Assembly: GCA_963845515.1 (NCBI GenBank) | Contig: CAWJSR010000015.1 | Location: forward strand, 1 to 64,000 | DNA: 64,000 bases | From: an uncultured delta proteobacterium | Lineage (GTDB): Bacteria > Myxococcota > Myxococcia > Myxococcales > Anaeromyxobacteraceae | Reading direction: 5' to 3' | Shown: positions 51,310-62,340 of the stretch, piece after piece | Layout: every line of letters starts with the position of its first letter | How positions within the stretch are numbered: the first letter of the stretch is position 1 | The notes under the pieces: model-generated | The model's input: only the letters and a program-made list of their open reading frames with translations | The model's database searches: none | Told to the model about the DNA's origin: nothing | Position numbers and translations under genes: made by a program

Positions 51310-52074
51310 ATGCAGACCATGAGGCGGCTGATCAGGATCCTCTCCCTCGCGTCGCTCACCCTCTTCGCGGACCGGGCGGTCGCGCAGCCGTGGCCGTCGG
51401 AGCCCGCGCAGCAGCCCCCCGCCGCGCTCCAGCCGCGCCCGTCGTTCCGCCCGTCGTTCGGCGCGGCGTCCGTCGTCTTCGACGACGCCGGGGGGCACCG
51501 GGTCGAGCAGAGCGGCGTCGCGCTCCAGCTGCGGCTCAGCGACCCGATCTCGGAGCACTTCGACGCGAACGTCAACGTCACCTGGGGGCTGACCGACTGG
51601 GAGCGCGCCAGGGAGTGGATCGACGCGGGCAACTCCTCCGGGTCCTGGACCACCGAGAAGATCGAGTCGGTCGCCGACTGGGTCGGCGAAGGCGGCGACT
51701 CGCAGCCGCTTCGGTTCATGGCGGCGATCTTCGCCGAGTTCGTCCTGGTCGCGACGTACGCGGCGGTGCCGTTCTGCTACGTCGGCAGCGTCGGGGGAGC
51801 CACGAGCCACCTGCAGTTCGACGCCACCGGCACGGCCTACCTGACCCGTGGCGCGGTCGATCTGTGGGCCGAGGGTGGGCTCGGCGTGACCACGCTGCCG
51901 GTCCGGTTCCTCGACTGGAGCTACGCGATCGGCCCGGTGGTCGGCGTGGGGCTCGACGTCGGGCCGCTCCGCGTCGGCGCCCGCGCCCTCTGGTCGCCAG
52001 GCGGGCTCAACTCGTCGGAGCGCGGCGACCGGAGCGTCACGACCGCGTCGCTGACGGTCGGCAAGCGGTACTGA
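51310..52074 (+). CDS. Hypothetical exported protein, probable small beta-barrel with helical insertion
   Basis: Signal peptide (AVA-Q); alternating beta-strand pattern; C-terminal SLTVGKRY. Confidence 0.55.
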   Translation: MQTMRRLIRILSLASLTLFADRAVAQPWPSEPAQQPPAALQPRPSFRPSFGAASVVFDDAGGHRVEQSGVALQLRLSDPISEHFDANVNVTWGLTDWERAREWIDAGNSSGSWTTEKIESVADWVGEGGDSQPLRFMAAIFAEFVLVATYAAVPFCYVGSVGGATSHLQFDATGTAYLTRGAVDLWAEGGLGVTTLPVRFLDWSYAIGPVVGVGLDVGPLRVGARALWSPGGLNSSERGDRSVTTASLTVGKRY

Positions 52075-52089
52075 CCTGGTAATGACCGA

Positions 52090-52118
52090 GGGCCCTTCCC
52101 ATCCGAGGGAGGGGGCCC
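52090..52118. terminator. Hairpin between convergent genes
   Basis: GGGCCCTTCCC-atccga-GGGAGGGGGCCC. Confidence 0.45.
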
Positions 52119-52147
52119 GACGTCGCCGGCGGGGAGGGCGCGCCCTC

Positions 52148-53812
<1,665 letters not shown>

Positions 53813-54020
53813 GGCGGTCGCTTCTACCGACATAGTCGCCGCGGGGCAACGGGCGGGCGCCCCGCACGCGGGCTCCACGTTCCTCGCGTAAGGGCCGCCT
53901 CACCCGTTCAGCCTGCCCACCCCTCCGCACATCGCGCTCTCCCGCACGCGCGGGTAGACTCCCCGGGCCACATGAATCGCCTCTCACTCCTTCGACAGCG
54001 GCCTCGCGCAGCTCCTCGTC

Positions 54021-54845
54021 GTGGCCCTCGTCGTCGCCATCGCCCCCACGTCCGCGCACGGGCGCGCTCGGGGCAGAGCCCGCTGCCCGACCGGCATGGT
54101 CGCGGTGGAGGGTGGGAAGCTCGAGCGCGCCGGGAGGGGCACCGCCAGCGTCAAGCCCTTCTGCCTGGATCGGACCGAGGTGACCGTCGACGCCTACGCC
54201 GCGTGCGCCGCCGCCGGCGCGTGCGCCGCCGAGGAGCTCGAGTGCGGCAACGCCGCCACCTGGGGCAAGAAGGGGCTGCGCCTCCACCCCATCAACTGCG
54301 TCACCTGGGCCGAGGCCGAGACCTTCTGCAGCGAGCACGGTAAGCGGCTGCCGTCCGAGGAGGAGTGGGAGTGGGCCGCGCGTGGCGGCGGCCGAGCGAA
54401 CACCTACCCCTGGGGCGAGGAGCCGCCGGCCCGCCGCGCCTGCTGGGACGGTGACGAGAACGAGAAGGGGAAGGGGCTCCGGAAGACGACCTGCGCCGTG
54501 GCCAGCCACCCGGCCGGCAAGACCAGCGACGGCATCCAGGATCTCGCGGGCAACGTGCGCGAGTGGACCTCCTCTGCGCACGACCGCCACCGCGTCCTGC
54601 GCGGCGGCTCCTGGGGTGACAGCCTCCCCGAGTTCCTCTCGACGGGCTTCCGCGGGTGGAACTCCCCGGACGAGCGGATCGAGCTGCTCGGCTTCCGCTG
54701 CGCCTCCCCCATCGGCGCCGTCGCGCGCGTCCCGGTGCGCAAGCCGAAGAAGCTGGAGACCTCCCGCGCGCAGACCGACGAGGCGGGGGTCATGATCTTC
54801 GCCGTCCCGATGGAGCTGGGCTCGGGTCAGCGTCACAAGCGCTAG
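54021..54845 (+). CDS. FGE-sulfatase (SUMF1/EgtB/PvdO) domain protein
   Basis: FCLDRTEVT, HPINCVTW, RLPSEEEWEWAAR, DLAGNVREW, RGGSW, GFRC. True start may be ATG 53972 with a frameshift. Confidence 0.85.
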   Translation: MALVVAIAPTSAHGRARGRARCPTGMVAVEGGKLERAGRGTASVKPFCLDRTEVTVDAYAACAAAGACAAEELECGNAATWGKKGLRLHPINCVTWAEAETFCSEHGKRLPSEEEWEWAARGGGRANTYPWGEEPPARRACWDGDENEKGKGLRKTTCAVASHPAGKTSDGIQDLAGNVREWTSSAHDRHRVLRGGSWGDSLPEFLSTGFRGWNSPDERIELLGFRCASPIGAVARVPVRKPKKLETSRAQTDEAGVMIFAVPMELGSGQRHKR

Positions 54846-54848
54846 CCG

Positions 54849-56450
54849 CTACCCGACGTAGGCTCCGGGCATCGCCGCCGGCCAGCCCGCCTCGCTCCTG
54901 AGCGCCGAGGGCTTCACGTCGCCGAGCCGCTGGCCGCGGGCAGCGCAGGCCTCGTAGAAGGGTTCGAGCCCGTCACCGTCCACGCGGTAGACGCGCGCCG
55001 GGGCGAGCTGCCCCAGCCGCGCGCAGTGGGCGTAGTGGAAGCTCTCCCGGAGGAGCGCCTCCAGCAGCTCGGGCGCCCTCCCGGGCACGGCGGCCGCGGC
55101 CAGGACCAGCGTGTAGCAGGGGCGCCCCTCACGCTCGTCGGGTGCGAGGAAGGCGAGCCCCTCGGGGAGCGAGAGCTCGCTGCGAAGCCGCGCGATCACC
55201 TCGGCGGCGTGACCTGCATGAAGCTTCTCGCCGAACCGGTCGCAGAGCTGGTCCTCCTTCCCGAGGAAGCGCAGGCAGGGGGTCCTTCCGAGGAAGCCGG
55301 TCACCTCGACCCGATCCTGCAGCCGGTAGCGCCAGAGCCCGGCGCCGGTGGTGATGATCACGGAGCCCACGTCCCCCTCGCGAAGCTCGTGCACGAGGCG
55401 GGGCGCGCCGCCGCCGGTGTCGAGCTCGATGAAGTGCGAGGTGATCGCCAGCGGGCGATCCCCGCCGAACGGGATCGACACGACCCCCTCCGTGGCGATG
55501 AGCCCCTTCGCCTCCAGCGGGAGGCCGAGCCGTCCCTCGAGCGCTGCCGCGTCGCCGCTCGAGGGCCCGTCGGCCCAGCATGAGAGGAGCGCCAGGCGCG
55601 GCCAGAGGCGGCGCGGATCGGGACCGGCGCGCTCCAGCTCTCGCGCGCGGCGCTGGTCGGGGGGGAGCGCCTTCAGCCTCGCGACGCCCAGGTCGAGCGC
55701 TGGCGAGCCTCCGGCGATCTCTGCCGTGAGCTCCGGGAGCTGGGCGCCGAGCGGCGCGAGCAGCAGCGGCAGGAAGGACGGGCTCCAGAAGGACAGGAGC
55801 CGGAGCTCGCGCGCCCGGAGCAGGTGGAGCAGCGTCCGCCGGCGCCACGCGTCGACCTCGACGAGGTGTCGGACCTCCCCCGGCACGGCGAACCCCCAGG
55901 CGGCGAGCCGGCGCGCCACGGGCCCGAGGTACTCCGCGTCGTCCTCGAAGCCGACCGCGATGCCGCCGGCGGTGGGCGGGGAGCGTGGCGCCGCCGGGCT
56001 GATCGACCAGTACGCCGGGCCGCCCAGGAGCGCTGGACGGCGGCACGCCATGTCGGCGAGCCACGCCGAGAGCGCGCGGCGCAGCTCCAGCGCGAAGGGG
56101 GCGGTCCACGGGAGCAGCTTCGACGCGGCGGTGCTGCCTGACGACGGCTGGAACCGGAGGACCGGCGCCGCGGTGAGCACCCGCGGCTCCCCCGCCGCAG
56201 CCCGGTCGACCCACGGGCGCAGCTCGTCGTAGGTGCGCACCGGCACCCTGGCGCGCAGCCACGGCGCGCCGCCGCCGCCATCGAGGTCGTGCTCCCGCCC
56301 GAACGCGCTGCCGGCCGCGCCGCGCAGGATCCGATCGAGGACGGCTGCCTGCGCGCGCTCGGGATCCTCCAGCGCCGCCCGGAAGGCGCGCCGCGCCGGA
56401 AGAGCCGCGGCCAGCTGGGCGACGTTCGCGAGCGGGGCGGCGGCGATCAC
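54849..56450 (-). CDS. GH3-family acyl-adenylate/amido synthetase
   Basis: PERAQAAVL, VPVRTYDEL, SSGSTAASKLLP, ATEG, TTGAGLWRYRLQD, GEKL. Confidence 0.85.
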   Translation of the reverse strand: MIAAAPLANVAQLAAALPARRAFRAALEDPERAQAAVLDRILRGAAGSAFGREHDLDGGGGAPWLRARVPVRTYDELRPWVDRAAAGEPRVLTAAPVLRFQPSSGSTAASKLLPWTAPFALELRRALSAWLADMACRRPALLGGPAYWSISPAAPRSPPTAGGIAVGFEDDAEYLGPVARRLAAWGFAVPGEVRHLVEVDAWRRRTLLHLLRARELRLLSFWSPSFLPLLLAPLGAQLPELTAEIAGGSPALDLGVARLKALPPDQRRARELERAGPDPRRLWPRLALLSCWADGPSSGDAAALEGRLGLPLEAKGLIATEGVVSIPFGGDRPLAITSHFIELDTGGGAPRLVHELREGDVGSVIITTGAGLWRYRLQDRVEVTGFLGRTPCLRFLGKEDQLCDRFGEKLHAGHAAEVIARLRSELSLPEGLAFLAPDEREGRPCYTLVLAAAAVPGRAPELLEALLRESFHYAHCARLGQLAPARVYRVDGDGLEPFYEACAARGQRLGDVKPSALRSEAGWPAAMPGAYVG

Positions 56451-57154
56451 CCGGTGACGCCCAGGAAGCGCCGACCGGCCGAGGTCAGGTTCGCCTCGTC
56501 GACGGGGCTGAGGCAGCAGAGCTCGTCCCCCTCAGCGTGGCCCGGGTTGAGTGCCGCGAAGAGGGCCACGGCCGGGTCCCGGAGGCGGCTCGCCGTGACG
56601 TCGCCCACGCCCGGCCTGAGGCGGTGGATGGAGCGCTCCAGTCGAACGACGCCGCGCCTGGGATCGAACCCGTCCCCGTACCGCTCCCGGGCGTGCAGCT
56701 CGAGCCGGGCGCGCAGGTCGGGGCTCCCGCCGCCCGCCACGGGGACGTGCTCCGCGAAGACCGTGGTCATCGCCCGGAAGGTCCTGTGGCCCGAAGAGAG
56801 CAGGAACCAGTCGAGCGGCTCCGGCGCGGCGCGCGCCAGCGCGAGCGCGGCGCGCAGCCAGGTCCGCACTGCGATCGGCGAGCGCCAGGCCTCCGGGGCG
56901 ACGATCGTGTCGCCCGAGAAGAGCACGCGCCAAGGCTGCCCGCGGACCCGGGTGTGCCAGACCTTGAAGGTCGAGAAGCCGACGAGCGCCCCGGCGCTGC
57001 TCCGGATCAGCATCGCCTGGTCCTTCTCCGCGAGGTCGAGGGCGAAGTCGCGCTCCCGCACGCCGTCGAAGTGCCCGTCGAGGAGCGCGAGCATCCCCGC
57101 GCGGGTCGCGCCGTCGAGCGTCGGCACCTCCACCACCGTCCCCGTGAAGGTCAT
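56447..57154 (-). CDS. Hypothetical protein, probable GNAT-like fold
   Basis: LVGFST...LFSGDTIVAPEAW...WFLLSSGHRTFR; coupled on both sides by 4-nt overlaps. Confidence 0.65.
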   Translation of the reverse strand: MTFTGTVVEVPTLDGATRAGMLALLDGHFDGVRERDFALDLAEKDQAMLIRSSAGALVGFSTFKVWHTRVRGQPWRVLFSGDTIVAPEAWRSPIAVRTWLRAALALARAAPEPLDWFLLSSGHRTFRAMTTVFAEHVPVAGGGSPDLRARLELHARERYGDGFDPRRGVVRLERSIHRLRPGVGDVTASRLRDPAVALFAALNPGHAEGDELCCLSPVDEANLTSAGRRFLGVTG

Positions 57155-58266
57155 AACGTCGCCACCTCGGGGCCGAGCGGGCGGGCGTCGAGCGCCGCTG
57201 CCGCGGCGGCGCCGTCCGGTCCGTGGACCGCGTAGAGCATCGAGCGGTACGGATGATGGGGGCGGCGGCGCGCCTCCCGCAGCAGCGGCTGCCCCTCGGC
57301 GAAGGCCACGAGGAGCTGGCGGAGCCCGCGCCGGCAGGCGTCGTCGAGCGCCGCGTCGAGGAGCGCATCGAGCACCGCGGCGTCGTCCCCCTCGACCGCG
57401 ACGAAGGCCAGGAAGGCGGCGGCTAGCGGCTGGCCGATCGGCGGGAGCCGGGGCACCCCCAGCGCCGGGGCGAGCGGGCGCAGGAGCAGCCGCAGGGCGG
57501 CGAGCCCCGGCGAGTAGCCCCGGACCACCGCCTGCTTGAAGCCTCGCTGGTCCCAGATGGCGCCGCAGCCCACGATGCGCCCCGCGCGGGTGACGACGTG
57601 GAAGTCCGACGGCGCCAGGCCGCGCGAGCGCTCGGGCGACGCGAGCTGCGCCGCGGTGACCGCGGTCGCGAACTGGCGTCGCATCCCCTCCGCCCGGAGA
57701 AACGCCGCCAGCTCGCCCAGGCGCCCGTCGTCGCCCCGCCCCAGCGCCAGCCCGGCCGCGAGCCGAGGGCGCCTGCGCCGCGGCGCGAGCGCGAGGGTCA
57801 CGAGCTGGCCGAGCGGCCTGTAGGTGGGGAAGCCCGCCACGCCGGCCTCGAGGAACCTTCGCGCGGGGAGGTTGTCGAGCACCACGCTCGTCAGGTCGAA
57901 CGGGAGCTCTCCGGCCCGGCGGTCGGCCGCGAGCAGCTCGAACCCCTGACGAAGGGAGCGGATCCGACCGCGCCCGGCGCCTGCCGCCCTCAGGAGGCCG
58001 AGGTAGCCGACCCGCGCCGGCGCGCCGTTGACGAAGGCCTCGCGGACGCTCCGGGCGGCCATCCCGAGGACGCGCCCGCTCCCGTCGCGCCCGACGACGA
58101 CCTGGTGCCGATCCCCTTCGATGGCGGCAGCGAGGTGGAACGAGGGCTCCCGCTCGAAGCAGAGGGAGACGGCGCCTTCGAACGGTGTCTCGCGCAGCAG
58201 CCGCCGCAGGGCAGCCTCGTCGGCCGCCGTGGCCGGCCCCATCGTGATGGCCGCCGCCGGGTTCAT
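57151..58266 (-). CDS. Hypothetical protein, probable tandem GNAT-like acyl/aminoacyltransferase
   Basis: FEREPSF, VNG..RVGYLGLLR, DNLPARRFLE, second half GCGAIWDQRGFKQ. Confidence 0.65.
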   Translation of the reverse strand: MNPAAAITMGPATAADEAALRRLLRETPFEGAVSLCFEREPSFHLAAAIEGDRHQVVVGRDGSGRVLGMAARSVREAFVNGAPARVGYLGLLRAAGAGRGRIRSLRQGFELLAADRRAGELPFDLTSVVLDNLPARRFLEAGVAGFPTYRPLGQLVTLALAPRRRRPRLAAGLALGRGDDGRLGELAAFLRAEGMRRQFATAVTAAQLASPERSRGLAPSDFHVVTRAGRIVGCGAIWDQRGFKQAVVRGYSPGLAALRLLLRPLAPALGVPRLPPIGQPLAAAFLAFVAVEGDDAAVLDALLDAALDDACRRGLRQLLVAFAEGQPLLREARRRPHHPYRSMLYAVHGPDGAAAAAALDARPLGPEVATL

Positions 58267-59606
58267 GCCTCGAGGATGGGGCCGGCGAAGGTGGCGTCGC
58301 CCAGCTGGTGGCCGTCGCGCTGGGTCAGCTCCTTGCGGTGCAGCAGGTTCGCGAAGAGGAAGCCCAGCCCCATGAGCGGCGACGTCAGGTTGGCGGGCGA
58401 GCGGACCGCGATGGAGCGGAGGGAGTAGAAGCGGCGCCGCGCCGCCATGCAGGCCTCGCGGATCTCCGCCGGGGTCAGCCCAGCGGGCCGGTAGTTCACC
58501 TGGCCGAAGCGGTACTCAGGATCGAGCCACCAGCGCTCGAACAGGAGCCGCCGCTCCGCCTCCAGCCGCCGGTAGAGCGGCGTGCCGGGGAAGGGCATGA
58601 GCGGCGCGAAGGCAGCGAGGAAGAGCCGCTCCTCGACGGCGAAGTCCACGGCTGCGTCGAGCGTCCGCGGGCCGTCGCCGTCGTAGCCGAGGACGAAGGT
58701 GCCGTAGACGATGATCCCGTGGCGCCTGAGCGTCCGGACCGCCTGGCGGTACAGCTCGGGGGGGTTGAAGGTCTTGCCCATGGCCTTCAGCGCCGCTGGG
58801 TCCAGGCTCTCGAAGCCGATCAGCACGCCCACGCAGCCGGCCGCGGCGAGGCGCGCGGCCCACTCGTCGTCGAGCGCCCCCTGGATGGAGCACTGGGTGA
58901 ACCACGGCCGCCGGTGCCGGGCGAGGGCGTCGAGCAGCTCGCGCGCCGCCTCCGGGTTGGCGCCCAGGTTGTCGTCGACGATGAACGTCAGCCGTCGCTC
59001 GGAGGCGGAGGCGAGGACGTCGGCGACGACGGCGTCCACCGGCCGAGGGGAGCGGGAGGGGCCGTATGCGGAGTGGATCGCGCAGAACTCGCAGTGGTAG
59101 GGGCAGCCGCGCCCGGACTCCACGAGCCCCACCGGCAGGTATGACTTCCCGCGGAAGAGCGTACGGTCCGGGCGGACCGCCCCGAGCCGCGGGCGCCCCT
59201 CGGCGCGGTAGACCTTCCGCCCGCGCCCGTGCCGCCAGTCGTCGACGACCTCTGGCCAGATCCCCTCGGCCTCGCCGACCACCACGCTCTCGGCGTGGAG
59301 GGCGACCTCGTCAGGCCGCAGCATCGCGTGGAAGCCGCCCATGACGACCGGGACGCCGCGGCGGCGGTACTCGCTCGCGATCTGGTAGGAGCGCTTCGCC
59401 GTGTAGGTCTCGACCGACATCGCCACGAGGTCGGTCGGCTCGTCGTACGGGATCGCCTCCAGCCGGTCGTCCGCCAGGGACACGGTCACGCCGGGTGGCG
59501 TGAGGCCCGCGAGCATCGCGAGCGGGAGCGGCTCCATCTGCCAGGTCCGCAGGTAGCGCTCGCCGGGCCTTCGCCCGACGCAGGGTTGGACGAGCTTCAG
59601 CCGCAT
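58263..59606 (-). CDS. Cobalamin-binding radical SAM protein 2
   Basis: MEPLPLAMLAGLTP, VVMGGFH, VGEAE, GRGCPYHCEFC, VDDN, IGFES, PFPGTPLY. Confidence 0.92.
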   Translation of the reverse strand: MRLKLVQPCVGRRPGERYLRTWQMEPLPLAMLAGLTPPGVTVSLADDRLEAIPYDEPTDLVAMSVETYTAKRSYQIASEYRRRGVPVVMGGFHAMLRPDEVALHAESVVVGEAEGIWPEVVDDWRHGRGRKVYRAEGRPRLGAVRPDRTLFRGKSYLPVGLVESGRGCPYHCEFCAIHSAYGPSRSPRPVDAVVADVLASASERRLTFIVDDNLGANPEAARELLDALARHRRPWFTQCSIQGALDDEWAARLAAAGCVGVLIGFESLDPAALKAMGKTFNPPELYRQAVRTLRRHGIIVYGTFVLGYDGDGPRTLDAAVDFAVEERLFLAAFAPLMPFPGTPLYRRLEAERRLLFERWWLDPEYRFGQVNYRPAGLTPAEIREACMAARRRFYSLRSIAVRSPANLTSPLMGLGFLFANLLHRKELTQRDGHQLGDATFAGPILEA

Positions 59607-61013
59607 GGGTTCGCCTTCGCTGCGCTCAGGGGCCCCGCAGCGTCGAGCGCGCCCACCGCCGGCACGGGGAGCGGCGCGCGTGCCTCCGGCCCCAGCCCGA
59701 GGAACCAGTCGCACGTGTAGAAGCGGTGGAGGTTTCGCGCGTAGAAGCGGTAGCCGAGGTTGGCTGCGAGGAGCAGGTGCGGGTCGACGCGCGCGCGCCA
59801 GAGCCGCGAGGCGATGGAGCGGAGCGAGTAGACGTGGCGCCAGGCCCGCTCGTGCCCCAGCTGCAGCTGCTCCACCGTCATCCCCTTCGGCTGGAAGACG
59901 ACGTGCTGCGCGTCGTACAGCGACCAGTCCCGCGTCAGGATGCGCCCCTCCGCGTCGAGCCGGCGGTGGAGTGGCGTGCCGGGGAAGGGAGTCACGATTG
60001 CGAAGCGCGGCAGGTCGATGGCCGCCTCCACCGCGAAGCGAGCGGTCCTCTCGAAGACGTCCGGCCCGTCGCCGTCCAGCCCGAACGCGAAGCAGCCCAT
60101 GAGCATGATCTTCCGGCGGTGCAGCTCGGCCACCATCTCCCGAAACGCCTCCGGATCGTTGAAGCCCTTGTGCGTCTGGTCGAGCGACGCCTCGCTGAGC
60201 GACTCGAGCCCCATCAGCAGGCCGCTGCAGCCGGAGCGCGAGGCGAGGTCGAGGAGGTCGCGGATCCAGCGCGATCAGGGTGGTCGCGAGCCCGTACCAG
60301 CGGATCCGGAGCGGGATGAGCGCCTCGAAGAGCTTCGCGGCGTAGCGCGGATCCGAGACGAGGTTCAGGTCGATGAAGAGGACCTTGGGGGCGCCCCACT
60401 GCCTGATGTCGGCCACGACCTCCTCGACGGGCTTCTGGTACTGGTTGCGCCCCCAGGCCGTCGGCGCGACGCAGAACTCGCAGTCGTGGGCGCAGGAGCG
60501 CGTGGCCTCGAAGACCGAGCGGGTGAAGTAGCGCTCCTCCGGGAGCAGGTCCCGGCGCGGGAACGGCAGGCCGGCGAGGGAGAGGCCGCTCCCTTGCGCG
60601 TAGCGCGGCCGCAGCCGGCCGGCGGCGAAGTCGCGGAGCAGCTCCGGCCAGGTCTCCTCGGCGTAGCCGGTCACGACCGCGTCGGCGTGCGCCTGCGCCT
60701 CGTCCGGGAGGAGGGTCGGGTGCGGCCCGCCCAGCACCACCGTGATCCCGCGGGCGCGGAGGCGGTCAGCCAGCTCGTAGGCGCGTGGAGCGTTGCCGGT
60801 GATGGCGGTGATGCCCGCGAGGTCGGCCTCGAGCCGCTCCGGATCCACGTCGGCGATCCCCTCGTCGAGGATTTCGATCGACGCGCCCAGCTCCTCCGGC
60901 ACGTACGCTGCCAGCGTCGTGAGCGTGAGCGGCGCGTACCTGAGCGACTTCTTGAAGATGCCGCCGCGGTGCCTGTAGAGAGGCCCCTTCGGCGAGACGA
61001 GCGCGATCCGCAT
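59597..61013 (-). CDS. Cobalamin-binding radical SAM protein 1 (frameshift near 60258)
   Basis: GAGGTG RBS; YAPLTLTTLA, VLGGPHPT, TRSCAHDCEFC; continues in another frame as DLLDLASRSGCSGLLMGLES...PFPGTPL. Confidence 0.9.
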
Positions 61014-61086
61014 GGCACCTCGGGGGTGGGCTCCGAGTATACCGAGACAGCTCGACCCTCCCATGTGACTTCGGGTGCCGTCGCCG

Positions 61087-62148
61087 TCAGATCGCGAGCA
61101 CCCGCCGCGAGCCGCCCGTGGGAGCGGGCGCCGTCGCCGCGAACCGGCCGGCGATCTTCGCGCCGCACTCGGCGCAGGCGTCCGCGCGCATCCGGACCCT
61201 CCGCACCGCGTGCCAGTCGCGCTCGATCACGGCGGCGCCGCAGCTGGGGCAGTACGTCGTCTGGCCCTCGGCGTCGTGGACGTTGCCGGTGTAGACGTAC
61301 CGGAGCCCCACGTCGCGGGCGATCGCCCGGGCCTTCTCCAGCGTCTCGGCGGGGGTGCGCGGCCGGTCGAGCATCTTCCAGTCGGGGTGGAACGCGGTGA
61401 AGTGGAGGGGGACGTCGAGCCCCATGTGATGCGCGATCCACTCCGAGAGCTTCCGCGTCTCCGCCGGATCGTCGTTGAGCCCCGGGATCATGAGGTTCGT
61501 GACCTCGACCCAGGTCTTCCCCTGCTTCGCGAGCCACCCGAGCGTCTCGAGGACGGGCGCGAGGCTGGCGAGGCAGCGCCGCTTGTAGAACTCGTCGGTG
61601 AAGGCCTTGAGATCGACGTTGGTCGCGTCCATCTCGGCGAAGATCTCCTCGCGGGCCTCCTCGCCCACCCAGCCGTTGGTCACGAAGATCGTCTTCAGCC
61701 CGCGGGCGTGCGCAGCGCGCGCGATGTCGATCGCGTACTCGGCCCAGATGATCGGATCGTTGTAGGTGAAGGCCACGGCGGGCGCGCCGAGCTCGACGGC
61801 GAGGTCCACGACCCGGTCCGGCGTCCACGGCGCCGAGCGCTCGTCGTCCTGGCGCGCCTTGGAGATGTCCCAGTTCTGGCAGAACATGCAGCCGAGGTTG
61901 CAGCCCGCCGTCCCGAAGGAGAGGCAGGTCGTGCCGGGGAAGAAGTGCGCGAGCGGCTTCTTCTCGACCGGATCCACGGCGAAGCCGGTGGTGCGGCCCC
62001 AGCCGGACGTGACCAGCTTCCCGCCGCGGTTCTTGCGGATGAAGCAGAAGCCGTCCTGCCCCTCGCCGATCCGGCATCCGCGCGGGCAGAGGGTGCACAG
62101 CACCTTCCCTCCAGCGACCGGCTCCCAGTAGCGCGCCTCGTGCAGCAC
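61087..62148 (-). CDS. amrS: AmmeMemoRadiSam system radical SAM enzyme
   Basis: CTLCPRGC...GFCFIR, DPVEKKPL, GCNLGCMFCQNWDIS, FTYNDP, HFTAFHP, C-terminal CPSC/CAEC. Confidence 0.93.
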   Translation of the reverse strand: MLHEARYWEPVAGGKVLCTLCPRGCRIGEGQDGFCFIRKNRGGKLVTSGWGRTTGFAVDPVEKKPLAHFFPGTTCLSFGTAGCNLGCMFCQNWDISKARQDDERSAPWTPDRVVDLAVELGAPAVAFTYNDPIIWAEYAIDIARAAHARGLKTIFVTNGWVGEEAREEIFAEMDATNVDLKAFTDEFYKRRCLASLAPVLETLGWLAKQGKTWVEVTNLMIPGLNDDPAETRKLSEWIAHHMGLDVPLHFTAFHPDWKMLDRPRTPAETLEKARAIARDVGLRYVYTGNVHDAEGQTTYCPSCGAAVIERDWHAVRRVRMRADACAECGAKIAGRFAATAPAPTGGSRRVLAI

Positions 62149-62340
62149 GCCCTGATCCTAACGCCGCCGCGTGCAAGAAAACACTCGCCCCGCCAAGGGG
62201 TTATCCTCGGACGGAGCGCGCCGGCGCGCCGGTCCGGCCGGGGCCACGCACGGCTGCTCGCGCGCTGGACGTCGCTCTGCTAAGACGGACACAGGGTCCG
62301 CCTGACGCGGACCCTTCTCGTATCCGAGGCATCGGCACCA

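Noticed and set aside
58263..61064. Apparent 933-aa double radical SAM fusion
   Set aside because: A frameshift near 60258; the true C-terminal half of enzyme 1 is in ORF 59597-60214 and enzyme 2 has its own ATG at 59606.
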